Below the pieces are notes generated by a model. That model was not told the origin of the DNA. It ran no database searches and was given only the letters and a program-made list of their open reading frames with translations. From positions 124,001-188,000 of the forward strand of contig NW_026250441.1 of the NCBI RefSeq assembly GCF_024521635.1: a DNA stretch of 64,000 bases, given 5' to 3'. Both the position numbers and the translations under genes were made by a program. Positions 36,644 to 51,462 of this stretch are shown one piece after another; the first letter of the stretch is position 1; each line of letters starts with the position of its first letter. The stretch comes from Tricharina praecox. Its lineage: Eukaryota.

Positions 36644-39600
36644 GACACACACACGCCCACCCGTCATGTCAAGTCATGTCATGCCCACCTACTAACTTAC
36701 TTATGTACCTGGACCTGGACATGTACTCGCCCCTCTACGGACAAAATCCTGAGGTAAGCCGACCGACCGCACGGCGAACGGCGAGCTCAGGCGGCAAGGA
36801 TCCCCACCCCACCCTACCCCACCCCACCTAGACCAACGGGGTATCCATCCATCTCCCGCCTCAAAATTCTATCCATCCACCACCACCACCACCACCACCA
36901 CCACCACCACCACCACCATGATACTCTATGCATGCTGCCTGCGGGCGCCGGGCGGGACAGGAAATAACAGGAAACTTACTTACTTACATCCATACCAGCG
37001 CGCTCGATCAATAGGACGAAACCACGTCTTCAAACATATCATACATACATACATCTGTCATCTCTGTCGTCTCGGTCCGTACATATGTACATGAGTAAGT
37101 TTGCGTACCTGCAGCAGCCGCTCCGGCTTTGTTTTTTGCACGGTGGACAAACGGACAAACGGGTGTGGGTCGGTGAGGTGGGAAGAAAGGCCTCAATTCC
37201 CACTCAATCGATGCGGGCTGGTAGGTATGCTGGGTGTCGTTGATAGTGCTGCTGCTGGTGGTGGTGGTGGTGGTGGTGGTGTCGGTGGTGCTGATGCTGC
37301 TGCTGGGTATGCAATGCTATTCTATGCTATGCGATGCGATGCGCCATATCTGGATTCTGGATCGGGAACTGCAGTGGAGTTTGATTGACGAACTGGGTAG
37401 TGGATGGTGGTGGTGGTGGTGGTGGTTGTGGTGGTATGTAGGTTTTGTTGGGCGCGCGCACCGCCGCTGCTCGGGCTCTGGATGTGCATGTGGATGTGTA
37501 TGGATGTGGATGTGTATGGAGATGTGGAAGGAGATGCATTCCCATTCCCACCGCTGCACGGAACGTTCGCCAGAAACATCAATTGGAGGACGAGGCTTGG
37601 CCGGAGTCACGGACTCACGGAGGACATATTCGACGGGAGTTATTAGTGGAGACCGGTATGTAGCGACCCTGATGGGGCGGCCATGTCCTTGGCACTTGCA
37701 GGTGCCAGGTGGGGCTCGGAGCTGAGCGCCGCACGCGGCGTTTGCTACGGTTTATACTACATCCATACAGCCATCCATACAGCCTCATCCTCATCGGCAT
37801 CATCATCTGCTGCTGCTGCATCGTCTTAGTTGCCGAAATCAACAAGAATCGAAAGTTATATACCCCGACGATCCGTCGAGCCTCGCCGGTCAAGAGACTC
37901 ACGGCAATGTCCGAGCGTGCAGCGGAGCTGAGTACCTACTACCGTACCGACTCCTTTTTTCTTTCTTTTCGGAAGGCCACCGTGGTAACCACCACATATG
38001 GACGGGGAGACACGTTCGCTCGGCCGCAGTCGAAAGCGGCCGCCGGCGTTACTTTCTGTATGTGTGAATGCAGAGGATTGTACATGTCTAAAAATCTCCG
38101 GCCCAAAACCTATGTACTCTTTTTGGCATCTTACCAAGCGACAGTGACTATATGTATGTGCGCACGGTACGTACCGTACTATACTATACTCTACACTGAA
38201 CCCAACAAGTTCCTCCTTACGGAACCCCAGCCAGCTCAACAGCGTCTGGTCCGTCTTTTCGGTCGTCCTACTCACCTACTTTGGTACATACTCATGTAGG
38301 TGTGTAGTTACGACGGTTCGACGACGACGGTTGGAGGCTTAACGAGGAAGTGGTGGTGGTGGTGGTGGTGGTGGTGGTGTTGGTGGTGGTGGACAAACGG
38401 GGCTATAGGTAGTAGGTACTCCAACATGGATCGAGGGACGGAGTATAGTAGGTCCTCTACTTTACCTAGCCGCAGTCAGTGGTCGGGGAGGTACCTGGTA
38501 GTCCACCTAGTAGATACATACATATTTCCTCGCGCCCTACCTATGTGCAGGGCTCCCATTACCAGCGTTTGTTTCTTCTCTTCTCTTCTCCATGTGAAGG
38601 AAGGTTTTTCGAAACTGCAGCAGTGGTGAGATGTCTGGACGCCTCTTCACTGCGCATCGCCATCGAAGCCATCGACGCCATCCACCCGGCGACCGGCCAG
38701 CCGTATGAAGATATGTACATACCAACCCTTCGCTGTCCTCTGGTCTTACATACCGCATCGCGCCCGCTATCTATCGAGTGGATCTTATCACAAGAACCTG
38801 GATCGCTGCTGCTACCTATAGCACCTCCATATATCTACACACAGTATGTAGGCAGAGAATGCGCCGTTAATATCCATCCTAATCCCGACCCGGATATCAT
38901 CCTCATCCTCATCCTCATCACCATCAGCAGCAGCAGCAGCAGCAGCAGCATCACCGACGGCGACCCCCACAGCCAGCAGCAACAGCAGTAGCAGCAGCAG
39001 CAACTGCCAACTGATATTCACCGAGTGTCTCGGTACTACTACCGTTCTCTACCGTTCTCTACTCGTTGTAGAATAGCGACCGGACCCACCCACCCTCTTT
39101 CGACTAGTCGCCGTTTCGGTCATCTGCATAGACACTCATCCTGGTAGGTGGGTGGGTATGCTACATACGATGATGATGATGGGGACAGCTGCCAGCAGCG
39201 GAGCTGTGAGCACGCTGCGCTGGGGGGAGGGGGGGGGTCTCCAGACAGACTGCAGGTGACGTTTCCAGCGACAGCGATCTCATCCCCACGCGCGCGTTGA
39301 TGATGACAAAGCCACCCGCCTTGCCTCACGCCGCGCCGCGCCGCCCGGTCGTGTGTGGTGTCTGGTGTGTGTTGTGGTGTGTGGTGTGGTGTTTCACCCC
39401 CAGCCAGAGCAGAAACGTCCCGGCGCCGAGTCGTGTTCCAGAAAGTCAACCGACCGACATCCCCTCAACGGATCCGACGTCAACGGTTGGCTCCTAGTTA
39501 CTCGCGGTCGGCCCACAGACCACCGCCAGATAGATAGAACACTGCCAGCCCTGCCAGTACTAGTGCAGTGCCAGTGCCAGGTGAGGTGTGGGGTTTCAAA

Positions 39601-39980
39601 ACCGATCGTCTCCTCACGAAACAACCCCGGCGCCTCACCTCACCTCGTTCTCGACCACCACCACCACCACCTCCACCACCAACACTACCACCACCACCAA
39701 GAAAATCCATATGCAAGAACGGTGGAAACAGCAAAACAGAAAACAAAACATTTCGCGCTCCAGCCAGAAACATTACCTACGTACATAACGATGCGCGTGT
39801 TGATGGATGGCATAGGTAGATATGTCAGAGCAATTCGGTGATTCGGTGATTCGATTGACCACTGATCACTGACCGCTGACCAGTGCCATGGTTTTTGTTT
39901 TTGTTTTTGGTTTTATCGTGTCGTTCGTCCGTCTTCCGCTGGACCCTCGGGAGAAAAGTAAGAAAAGGAACGAAAGACGA

Positions 39981-40107
39981 AAGAAAGGAAAGAAAGGAAA
40001 GAAAGGAAAGAAAGGAAAGAAAGGAAAGAAAGGAAAGGAAAGAAAGGAAAGAAAGGAAAGAAGAAAGGAAAGAAAGGAAAGAAAGGAAAGAAAGGAAAGA
40101 AAGGAAA
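39981..40107 (+). repeat. (AAGGAAAGA)n polypurine nonamer repeat
   Basis: Direct reading. Confidence 0.95.
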
Positions 40108-43100
40108 AAGAAAAAAGAAAACCAAATAAATAGCCGTGCGTGGTGTAGGTATAATCGGGAGGCACTAAGATGAGATGGGGATGTTGATGGGGATAGGGTG
40201 CAGCCAGCCAGCCAGCGAAAAAGCGAAAAGCTAAATAATGGAAAGAGAAAAGAAAACCGATGAACGGACAAACTACAGTGTCGCATTATCCGCCGGGGGC
40301 CCAGCAGCTATGCATGTCTCGACCGAAACCGTTAGGTAATTCATGCATCCCGCCCCCGGGTGTCCCCTCCCCTCCCGACCGAGCGCCGCAACGGCTAATT
40401 GTCGCGCGTCTAGGCCTCTCACTGCCGCGTGCTGCGTGCTGAAGGAGGTCTCCCCTGCGCTCGTGGCGGATGCGGGGTTGCTTGGGGTGTGTGGTCCGGA
40501 GGAGAAGGTGTGCTCTGTGTGTGGTACGGTGTGTGTGTGTGTGTCCATTGCCGGCACCGGCGGTCGTACACACTACACATACTTACCTCCATACATACAT
40601 CCCATGAGCCTTGGCACATTATTCACGTGAAGGCCAATTGCTCACGGTACCTACTTCGATACATATCATACCTTACTTACTTGCATCAGGTAAGCGAGTA
40701 GGTTATGTACCTACCTTAGGTAGGTAGAACACCACTTGCCCTCCACCCCCTCCTCTGTGCTACATGGAGGCTTCTCGCCAGTTTGACAGCTTTTGCCTAT
40801 CAGCATCCGCGAACGCCATCATTCCACGGTCCACCGGACCGTACCGCAACGCATCGTATCGTTATCCGAAGGCCACTTACAGCCTTTGAACTTACTGCTC
40901 CTGTCACACTGCTTTGTGGTGGCTGCAGATGGGCGGAAAAGCCATCACATGCACTCGCACTCGTACGCCGCAAATTTCGCAGAGGCGCCGTGCAGCTGGT
41001 GAGGATGGGAGCGAGAGCGAGGCGGAGGGGGAGAAGGAGGTGGAGAAGAAGAAGGACGAGCACACGGAGGTCGAGGACGATGGAGGAAGTTTGCTATCGC
41101 GGAAGTAGGTACATACCAAGTACCCCGTCAATCACGGCGTGGAAAGCATCGCTACCTATGCACATACACGCTGCAAGCATGTTCGGGGCACGTATGCATG
41201 CATAATCACCGTCAGTCCGGCGAGTAGAGTACGCACATACACGCTGCAAGCGTGTTCGGACGAGAGCAACTACCGTTAAGCACAGCGGGCGTGTTCGGGG
41301 GGGGGAAAGCACACAAGCAAGCAACTACCGTCAATCACGACGAGTATGTAGAGTGCATACACGCTGCGAGCGTGTGGTTCGGGGATGCATCTGTCGCCAA
41401 CAAGAAAACCAAATATGTATCATTGCTGTTTGCTCTGGTCCCGCCGCCGCGCCGGTTGCTTTTGTCCGCGGACGTGACATCCGCTTAAGACAGGTGGCAG
41501 TCTTTTCTCCTTCTCTTTGTTTTACTTTTTTCTCTCTCCCTTTCTTCACTTTCTCGTCCTTTTTTGCCCCCTCCCTCGCTCTTTCTTTGGCCTTCAACGG
41601 AAAGCCACCAGGCACACACTCGTTGGGATGCGGAAAAAGTGACTACCCCCAACTCGCTCCACGGAAACGGTCGACTCGATCTTCCCGGTGTGGATGGTTG
41701 TTTCACTTTTCAACTGAAACCTCGCTTCGCGTTCTCGCAAAGGCACACAGGCACACCTCTCGGTAAAAGTATTAGAAATTAGAATAAGGTATTGTTTTCC
41801 ATGTGTGGTGGTGGTGGGATGGAAGGGAAGGGGAAACCGGGAAAAAAAAGGTTGAAAGCATGAAGCACGCATATTCATGAGCCAGCGCTTCGGAGTGTAA
41901 GACGCTGGCGGCTGCGACTCCGAACCGGAAGGACTGGACTGCACTGGAAGAATGATCCTCGCTTTCGCCGGGCGGCCGTCGTCGATCTTGCGGTAGCCAT
42001 CGATGGGTCCGAGATAATCGGATGTCCTGGCGGACGAGTTCACTCTCCTACATCATACATGGAGTATGTAGACTGCTCTGCATACCCGGGTAGTGTAGAT
42101 ACTCGGTAGGCTCAGCAAGCGCATCGACCGAGAACCGTTAGCTTGGTATGTATGCCGATACACGCAGGAAGCCTCAAGCAGCGCAGAGGCGCGGGGGGAG
42201 GAGGGGGGAGGAGAAGGGAAGGTGGGGAGGGGAAGGCCCGAGAGCTGCCCCCCCCCCGAAGAGTGTGGTGTGGGTTAGGGTCTGCTATAGATTGACAAAT
42301 CATGCCGATTCATGCGGTGATGAGGGTTGATCACTTCTTTTTGACGTGACGATCAGCATCGAACCTCTCCGCTGTGATTCGTCCGTGTGGGGTTCCCCTC
42401 TTGCAAGGGACGGCACGGTAGAGTTGCGAGCAGGCCCAGAACGAAAATGCGAGATGAGATGCGGTCCCGCCCGATCACTCCATCGAGCCTAGTTACTCGA
42501 CATAGCTTCGATGCGATTTCGTCGTGGTGATGGTGGTGGTGGTGGTGGCGCGCTTTCCTCATGAGACGAAAGAAAGAAAGAAGAGAGAGAGATGGCGACT
42601 CTCACTGTGAGGCGGTTGATTGAGCGCGTGCGACGGAGCTGGCTGTTTTATGCAGCACGCACACAGCCATGCATATGGAGTATTTACTCCTTTACTCCGC
42701 GAACGATGATTGTTCCAGCCAGTATCAAACGAGCAAAACCGACCCACCAAGTTGCTTTTGTTCTCCATACTCTCCCCCCCCCCATTCCATCCCATCCATC
42801 ATCGTCTTCCGCACTGTTCTGCCGGCACGGACTCTCCTGATCCCATCCCTCCGACGACTGCACTGCACTCACTCACTAGAGTAACGAACCGGAGATTTCC
42901 GAGCTGATACACGCCCGCTAGCTAGTTAGTTGGCGGCATACATCGCAGGGTTAGCGGGAGTCCGCCGCATTCGCCAAAGAGGTTACTTGGCTGTGAGACG
43001 CGGCTGGCCGGGGCTTGGGCTGAACGGGGCTGAATATGCGGCTCGATGATAGGTGTGATTCCGATTCCACCACTGCACTTCAACGTGAACACCGCCTCCC

Positions 43101-44951
43101 TCCCCCTCCCCCATCCCTATCCCCCCGTGCACGGGAGTTGAATTAACGACCACGGTGGCGGTATCATACAGACCATTTCCTCGTACGAGCTTTAACTTCT
43201 AGAGTCGCCCGTTATTGCTTGGCAAATGGATGAAGCCTGAACTTTGAAGCAGTGGCGAAGAAAATCTACCTACAAGTTGCCTAGGTACATAAATATGTAC
43301 CTACATAAGTGCACCCAATCTTAACTATTTATGACTGACTCCTTACGAACTTTGCGCTCATACCTTAATCACAGTAGGTCACGATGATCGTGATCGTGAT
43401 CGATCAGCTAGCATAGCATGTCATGGTGGCATGTTCGATTCATTGATTTAATCGAGTCTGCAATGCCGTCACTCGGGCCGACACGACACTACGGACGGTA
43501 CTGCGGCTCATCCCACTGATCCGAAACGCGGAGGTATGTCCCAGAAGGAAGTGATGTCAGGTGGGTTGAAAAGAAAAGAAATAAAAATAAAAAGATATTG
43601 TACCTGAATGGTACCCGTCGGTGGCTGCTCTCGCTCTGTGTGGTCTACCTAGATACTTGTTTCATCGTCGGCGCGGCGATGTTTCTCTGCCGCCTGCCCC
43701 GTTCATTCCGCCCCGCTGGGATGCTTCACGTATATACCGATGTATGTAGAGTACCTTCTGCGTCCGGCCAGCACCCCGAAATCCAGCAGGCTGCCAAGTT
43801 CATCCGTGTATCGAGATACCCATCCTCAATATTATTTTTTGTCGCCGTAGCGGCGCTGATACATTTCTTCCGGACTCCAACTTCTCCGAGTCGTTCACAT
43901 TGTTTCACTAAGTTCCTCACTCACTACTACTTACTATACTTACCCCGCATCTCCCTCTTCATATAAAGAGCTCGAAGGATGTTGCCATTCTGGCTCTCTG
44001 GACCGCCCACGATCACCAAGATTCACGAACGTACCACTTCCGCTTCCACTTCCACTTCAGCGAGCAGCCCGGGGATGATCTTCGCACCCGGTGCAATCCC
44101 CGACTACCTAGTGCTTTGTCGGAGGGGTATCTAGAGTATGTATGTATGTAGAGTCTGCATCTCGCTACCGGTCGGAGGCATGTAGGTAATCATACTACTT
44201 ATATGTACCAGTGAGTACAGTACATACCTCGGCACGCCGAAAATCGTTGCACGGGCAGAGCAGGGCAGGGTTGCAGGCTGAACGGACCTCGGACAAAACG
44301 TATCGGCCACCCGCTGCCCAATACCTACTCTACCTATGTAGGTAGGTAATGCAAGGGAGGAGGAGAAGGAGCGGGAGATGTCTCGACCACCTGGTCCGTG
44401 GCGGGCAGGTCTCGAGACAGCCGGCTGCCCGGCTGCCTAACGGGAGATATGCAGACACTCAACTCACAGAGACACTCGATCAGCCACTTTGCGGAAGGAC
44501 GGAGGGATGAGACGGACGGACAATTAATTCGCATTACTTATACTCTCTACTAGCGGATTTCGGGAAGCCGACAGACAGCTTTGGCGAAACTTTGTACTCT
44601 ACCATACCCGCGTGGCTAATTTCCCCTCCCCCGCCCACCCCGCCCACCCCCGGAACCTGCCCGCGAGAATCGGGAGCCAAATCCCCAGGGTTTAATAGCC
44701 GTGAAACTAATATCTACTCTGCACACAGGCTACTCTGGACGATATATAAGTCTGACAGCCTTCGCCAGCAGGACTCTCGAAGCCACGCGAAGTATATTAT
44801 ATATCGGCGGTTTTTCTATGCCATATATACAAGGCAGGTATATTCCGTAATTCGGCCCACGCGCATGTGTAGAGTACTCTATCTACATACTGTACTAACG
44901 CACTAAAGGTGCAGTGTGGGGAAGCCTACCTACTATTCTTTTCTTCGAGGC

Positions 44952-44997
44952 GGGCGTGGGCGTGGGCGTGGGCGTGGGCGTGGGCGTGGGCGTGGGC
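44952..44997 (+). repeat. (GGGCGT)n hexamer repeat
   Basis: Direct reading. Confidence 0.95.
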
Positions 44998-47900
44998 GGG
45001 AATTCGCAAATCGAAAAATCGAAATGCGAGATTAAAACATGCGCAAACAAATACCAAACCTGAAGGGAGACAGTCGGCCGGTCATCGCAGGCCTGTATTC
45101 GAGTACTCTACATGGCCTTGCAGCCGTTACGTTACCAAGACCCCCGGGCCCAGCAAGGTTTATTTCTTAAATACTTTTTCTTTTATCGAAACCCAAACCA
45201 CGGGAGAGAGCTCGAGAAGAAGCCCGGCAGTTTGGGTATGGCCCTAGTTATGGGGTCGGGTGGAATGGAGTGTATGATGTTAAAGGATCGCTTTCTTTTT
45301 TGGGAAGCCGGGGGGTTTGGGATTTGTGTGGGGGAGGGAGGGGGGGGTGTACTGTACTGACAATTGGGACCTGGTGATCCCGACCTCGACCTCGACGCAG
45401 TGGGATGGTGGAGTCTAGTTGAGGTTCAATATATACCACATTTGATTCTTCGAATCTCGGTGCAGCTCACATGCGGAGAAACTGGGAAGGGAAAGAAGGA
45501 AGGAAGGAAGGAAGGAAGGAAGGAAGGGGCTAGTTACTTGGTAGTAGTAGTAATAAGTAATAAATATTAGAAGTGCCTTGCTGCTTCCGCGCTCGATGCA
45601 ATAGCGGGGATGTATCTAGTTATGTACGAAGCACGGCACTCTACGACTATATACACAGCACTATACCGCAGTATGCACACATAAAGACTCGACTCACTCA
45701 TGTCGACAATCGTCGATATTATAGTAGTGTCCATTAAGCAGATATTTACCGGCAGATCAGATACACGTGAGCCCCTCCCGCCGTATGTAGAGTACCTACC
45801 GTACATCGGCGGGCAGGAGAACAGACGCACTGAAACGCATGTCGGCTGCTCGTTCATTTTTTGAGAGGGGAGGGCGGCGGGGGGGCACACGGGGGGAACC
45901 CTAACCACCCGGCAAGGTGAAACGTGGGTGATTGTTCTTGGGGGGGGGGGATTCTTCTTCTTCTCGGGGAACCCTTCTCGGAGAACTTCCTCCAAGCGTT
46001 CGAGATGGTGGCCGAGTTCAGGGTTATGAACCTAGGCAGGTACGAGAGCAGATTGGGAAACCCCCTATCGCTGCTACGCTGCTCCATCTTGTCCACGCCT
46101 CTCGCGTTTCGTGAAAGCCGTTCGAATCCGCAATCCTGGGGCCGGGATCGGGCGTGGGGGGAGGTGGGGCGGAGAGAGAGAGAGAGAGACCTGAGTATTT
46201 CCCATGCTGCATCGCCGCTTCCGGTCACGGTGACCGAATGGGGCCGCGACCAGTGACCAATGCATCCGTGTTGAGGATATGTACGTTCTCCGCGGGCGGG
46301 GGGTGGGGGATGGGGACTGCGCGTGATTCACGGATTGGCAGACGACTGGTCATCGCACGTTTCCCTCCCCTCCAGATACGGCCTGTGGATGGTCCCCGGC
46401 CGTCGCGTCGGTAAACTAGCGACATGCAATGCAATTGGGGGTCGATAAACGAGCCTCAGCATTGGACTAGGGGAGGGGAGGTGAGGAGAGCAGAGATTCC
46501 ACGCGAGAGCGGGGATAGTCACGGCATACGGTGGAGTGGGAAAGGGGGGGCGGAATGGCGGAGTGGCGGAGGGGCGGGACATCTTTGGTGCCCCATTGCC
46601 CCTTTCCCCAGAGGTAACGGGAATGGCAACGCGTGGAGATTCGTGGATTTTGTTTACTCATGTCAAGCTCAAGCTCGGGCTCGCGCCGAATCGCAAAGTT
46701 TGTTACGCAAGCGAGCGAAAAATCCTGCGTAACCTCGGGCCCCCATCCGAACAGGGGTGGGCGGGGCGCGGCGGTTGGTCACGGGAGGGGGATCATGTAC
46801 GCTCATTCGCTACCATCGCGCCGAGTAGAGAAGGACATCGGGATCTACTCGTCGATACTACTGGCCTGCGGAAAATCCGGGGAAGGGTAAATAGGGGGAG
46901 GGGGATGTTTCTATGAATGGAACGGAGAGGAGTGGAGCCAGACGGGTGTGCTCCGAAGCGATGAGCACAGCCATGGATATGTTTATTTGCGCACATCTGC
47001 GACGGAATGGCCGATTGGAAGGTTCGGAGCGTTGTTTGTTTCGGTACGGGGGGTTCGTATGTAGATACGCTCGACATACTTACCGAGCTGCATTCCCATC
47101 GATGATCGGTTACGCAAGCAGCAGTCGAGAGGGAGTGTGCCGTATGCATATGCCCTGGAACCTGGACAGAGCGGAGCACAAGCTGGGCGCCGTCAGACAT
47201 TCGCAGTGGTCCCCCCCGCCCCGCCACACACAGCAAAATTCCACCAAAAATAATAATAATAATCTATTTCGGCAAATTAAATCTATGAGGGATATTCTGG
47301 CCTCTATTTGCGCCTGACAAACGTGTGTATCTACTCTACTCGCACCCGTCGCGAGACTGTGGCGATGGCTAGTGCAAAGCTGCCCGCTCATTGGTCGGAG
47401 CTCATGTACCGGGATTATGTGGAGCGAGTGATATGCTATGGTGTACGCCGCCTGCCTTTCTAGACGTGCGGCGTGATGGGAGAGAGGTTACTTTACTGGA
47501 GGGGGCGTTTTTAGACCTGTGGTTGCTGTTATTGTCGACATACGCCAGACGGGATTCCCTGCGGTCACAGTGGAGAGGCAGCTCTTCACTGGAGAGTGCG
47601 TACCTATGACATGTACATACCTAGGAATGATAGGTAGGTAGGTACGTAGACCACACCGGACGATTGCTTAGCTTCTTTGCCCTCCGCGATGACTGATTTG
47701 CGGACAGGAAGCTTAAAGATCGCGAGTAATCTGAGTGAAGCAAAGAAAGAAAGGGGGTCGATCATGGTACATGGTACCTATCGTGGGTTACGCCTACCGT
47801 TCGGTGCATGCTTCTATTTAGGTCAAGATACGGGGCTGACGACCTCGATTGGTGGTGAACGGTCCTATCGATTGGTCTGAACTTGGTGATGTTTTGCCGG

Positions 47901-50900
47901 GATTCTGTGGAGCTGAGCGGGGTAGATCTTGTATTACGCAGCTCTTACGAGCGAGTCTTGATGACTCCATACGGAGCGCCCAGCGAGTGGTTGTATGGAA
48001 CTGGCCGCGAAAGCGAGCGACTCAGCACTACGGTCTGGCCCATGGGAAAGAATCAAGGAGGCGGAAACAATCCTCTTGCAGCTCTCTCCCCCATCGCCCA
48101 CGCCCCCTCCCCTCCCCTCCCCTCCCCCCGGTGCATCCCCGCTGTTGGTGTGATGCAGATACGCGCCTTGGATTCGACCAGATCATGCTGTATGGGGATA
48201 AGTCGTTGCCTACTGGAACGAGAAACTTATGCTCCTTTCTTTCAACTGGCTTGTTCCACACCATCCCCTCCTCTCACCTCCCTTCGCTCCATGACCATGC
48301 TAGCCGGGATGAACCTCGCGTTCGATGGCAGACAAAGTTTGACTTGACATGACAGTTCTCGGCTTTCCGTTGTATTGGCTGTCAGTCCCCCTCGTCAATG
48401 TATGCTAGTCACCGTCCATGGATACAGCTTCGCCCAGCTCCGGTAGTTGCCCGGCATATGTATGTTTGGCGTGAACGTTTCCCAGACATCTCGCTCTCCT
48501 GGCCATCGCCCATGCCCCCCCAGTGGACGTGAAGCAGGTCAGGTCACAGCTTATGGCCGGAGTTGCGTGGGCGGTCGTGTGTGTGCAGCTCCCATGTACA
48601 TGTATGTACTTCCTCGGGCAGCTCAACCTCCCCCGCCAATCCGCACACGAGGAAGATACTCTGGGCCATGATTCGTCTCAGCATTGCCGCGACGGACTTG
48701 GGCCATTAGGAGATGTTGGACTTTGACTCGGCGACATAGACGCCATCGTATCCACTACGTGCTTACCTTCACTTACCGGAGGAATCCAGCAAGAGCTCGG
48801 TGATCTTCGGATCCCCGACTTGGGTGATTGGGTTGTAGCTTTCAGCCTGCGGAGTACCTAGTAGGTACTTGTGCTGCTGTTGAGAAACCCGATAAATGGC
48901 CATCATCCGTGGAGTTGGGGATATATGCGGATATGATCGCAGACTGACAAAGAGGGTTGTGGTAACCGGAACGATGGGAAGGATCATCGCGAAAGCTACA
49001 TACCTGTAGGTGAGACACTTCCAGCTTCACGGCTTGCTGAACTGCTGCTACTCTCTGGGAATTGGTCTGATCTGATCATATGTGCAACCGTTAACCGGAC
49101 TTAACTGAAACATACAACGTAGTCAATCAAGATTCGGCCTGGCGCAGCGACAATTTCTCCAGCTACGGACAGGATAAGTAGTTCTGGGGTTAGTAAGGGA
49201 TAGACCGAAAATCGGGCTTCTGCAATGATGAATACAGCTGCCAAGTATCTTGTAAGATGGCCGTCGGATCTCCACTGACCGACTTGATACGGTTGTGATC
49301 GTGACAGATATTGCGCGGAAGTACTAGCTAGCCCGTGCCGTTCCGCAATTGCGAGCGCGGGTGGTTGTGCTGTCTTCGATGACCGAGGTTCCCCGTCAAC
49401 TCCGCCCATTGAATGACTACGGGAAGACACAGAGTAGCCGAGCACAGTCATACGGCTGCAGTCGGTCGGGGATCTAGCCCAGCCGAGTGATCCGGCATGA
49501 AATTCATTTGCTCCGAAAATAAAAACCCTTTTCCACGCTGGGACGTAGATCAGCCAGTAACATTTCCCCATTTCTAAGATGACTCCCTGCAAGAAAGAAC
49601 TCCACTCATTCGCCACCGCAAAATCTCCACCTGCCCTCCGGTGTCCCCGGCCAATCACAAAATCACCATCCTCGGATCCCCTTGCTCGTGCGTCCGGATC
49701 CCCCCCAAAAAATTGTTGAGGCATTTCCGAATCCATCACATAATCTTTGTACACCTAGGCATAAAAAACCAAATCGTACCTCCGTACCGAGCACGGCCCT
49801 CGGACGCCTTATCGACAAGTCACCGACCATCTCCCCCCCACCCCCACAGACTCCGTCTCCACATACTCTCGGAGTTCACGCAATCAGAGACACGCAGCGA
49901 GCAGAGACCTCCGTGGGTGAGATCAACACATGCATCAGCAGCTATATGTAAGCTTGTAACCGCCGCCCTGTCGAGCACTGCCGCCTAGGCCAGCCTGGCA
50001 GCGCCCTGGAGTGTCCCGCGTGGTTATCACTTGACCTGTCAGACACGGGCCGGGGGGCCTCGGGCTCGCCGCTCTGTGATTGGTCGTAATAGACGGTAGC
50101 GCTGGCTGGTGATTGGAGCTGCTGGAGCGCGCGAGTGGGGGTTTCTGCCTTGCCTTGCAGCGTGCGGCTGGGTGCAAGTCGGCTGGAAATCGTACGCGGT
50201 CAAGGAATGAGGGGATGCGATGCTGAGTACTACACTGCACTACACTAACTATGCCGATGACTGTTCATACATGCCGCTTTCGACTCGGGTGTCTCGAAAT
50301 TCAGTGTAGGGTGTTCTGTAACCGAAACGAGGCTAGGTTGCTGTGGGGTCGAGTGACATAGAGTGGGTAGTCCTTTTCTCTCAAACTCTGGCTATAATCC
50401 AAGTACGTGTGGGTACATTGAGAATGGGGTACTTACTTTTATCCTGTATCAAGATCTTCACTCCTTGAGCCTAGGATGGTGTCGCGTTGGGCTGGCTTGG
50501 TGGCCTGATAAACGCGGTGGCGAGTAAAAATGGTACATGGCGGTGTCAGTGATCAATGGCTACATCTCGTCGTAATATGCGCATTCAGACCTAAAGGTCT
50601 TCATGCTAACACGTCCGATGATTACTTCTACTCACGGCTACAATTTTGCCTCCGTTTTGGCTCTGAAAAGCAATGCGTGAGTGGTGGTCGATTTCCCTAA
50701 GTGTAGTGAAGCGGGGCTCACGTCGATGAGAGCAGAAGCGGCGACACATCACTTTTATAACTTACGAGAAAACCTTCTTTTGTAGAAGAACAACGGAGAC
50801 TGCGTGTATCGAAGCCCGGGTCGCGCAGGAAGAGACGAGTCTAGGAAGAGTTTTCGGATGTTGCGCATACATTGTCACTCGATATAAGATGTCGCACTCC

Positions 50901-51462
50901 AGTGCAATATTTTCATATCAATAGCAAAGCCTAGATAAAGCCACTTGATCCTTTCACACTACATCAGCTTTGAAGGAGCCCTTTGAGCTTCACTAGTCTA
51001 TGTGCTTGCTACCCCAATCAGGGTTCACATGACTAACAACAAACAAGTATTAAACTAAAGTCATAGATCGGCTTGAATTAGGGATCAGGTTCTACTCCCG
51101 ATGTCCGCCTCAAAGTCTGACTCGCGTGAGCCTTTCGTATCAACCGTAGATCTTATCATGGACATGATAAGACTACTGGCACTGTCCAAAGAGTTTTGAG
51201 TCTATTAGGCCAGAGCACCGAAGCAAGCCCATCATAGTATATCACTCGCACAAACCCCGTTGGTGAACATCCTCACCGGTTGCAAGCGGCAAAACGGTGG
51301 CCGGCGGCCTTTAGCAGGCCCTTCGGGATATAAAGTCGGCTCCAGCAAGGGCTGGGATAGTACGGCGGATAAGGACTTCGTCTGTGCAGAAAAAATTGAT
51401 CGTATACAGTCCTCGGATATACGTCCCCAGCCATTACTTACTACTGGATACCGTTAAGAATT

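Noticed and set aside
32205..40286. ORFs with poly-ER, SLSH, FLS, W or V runs
   Set aside because: Translations of microsatellites.
49101..49754. 217-aa minus-strand ORF
   Set aside because: Non-ATG start, no recognisable domain or splice support; would need blastp or RNA-seq.
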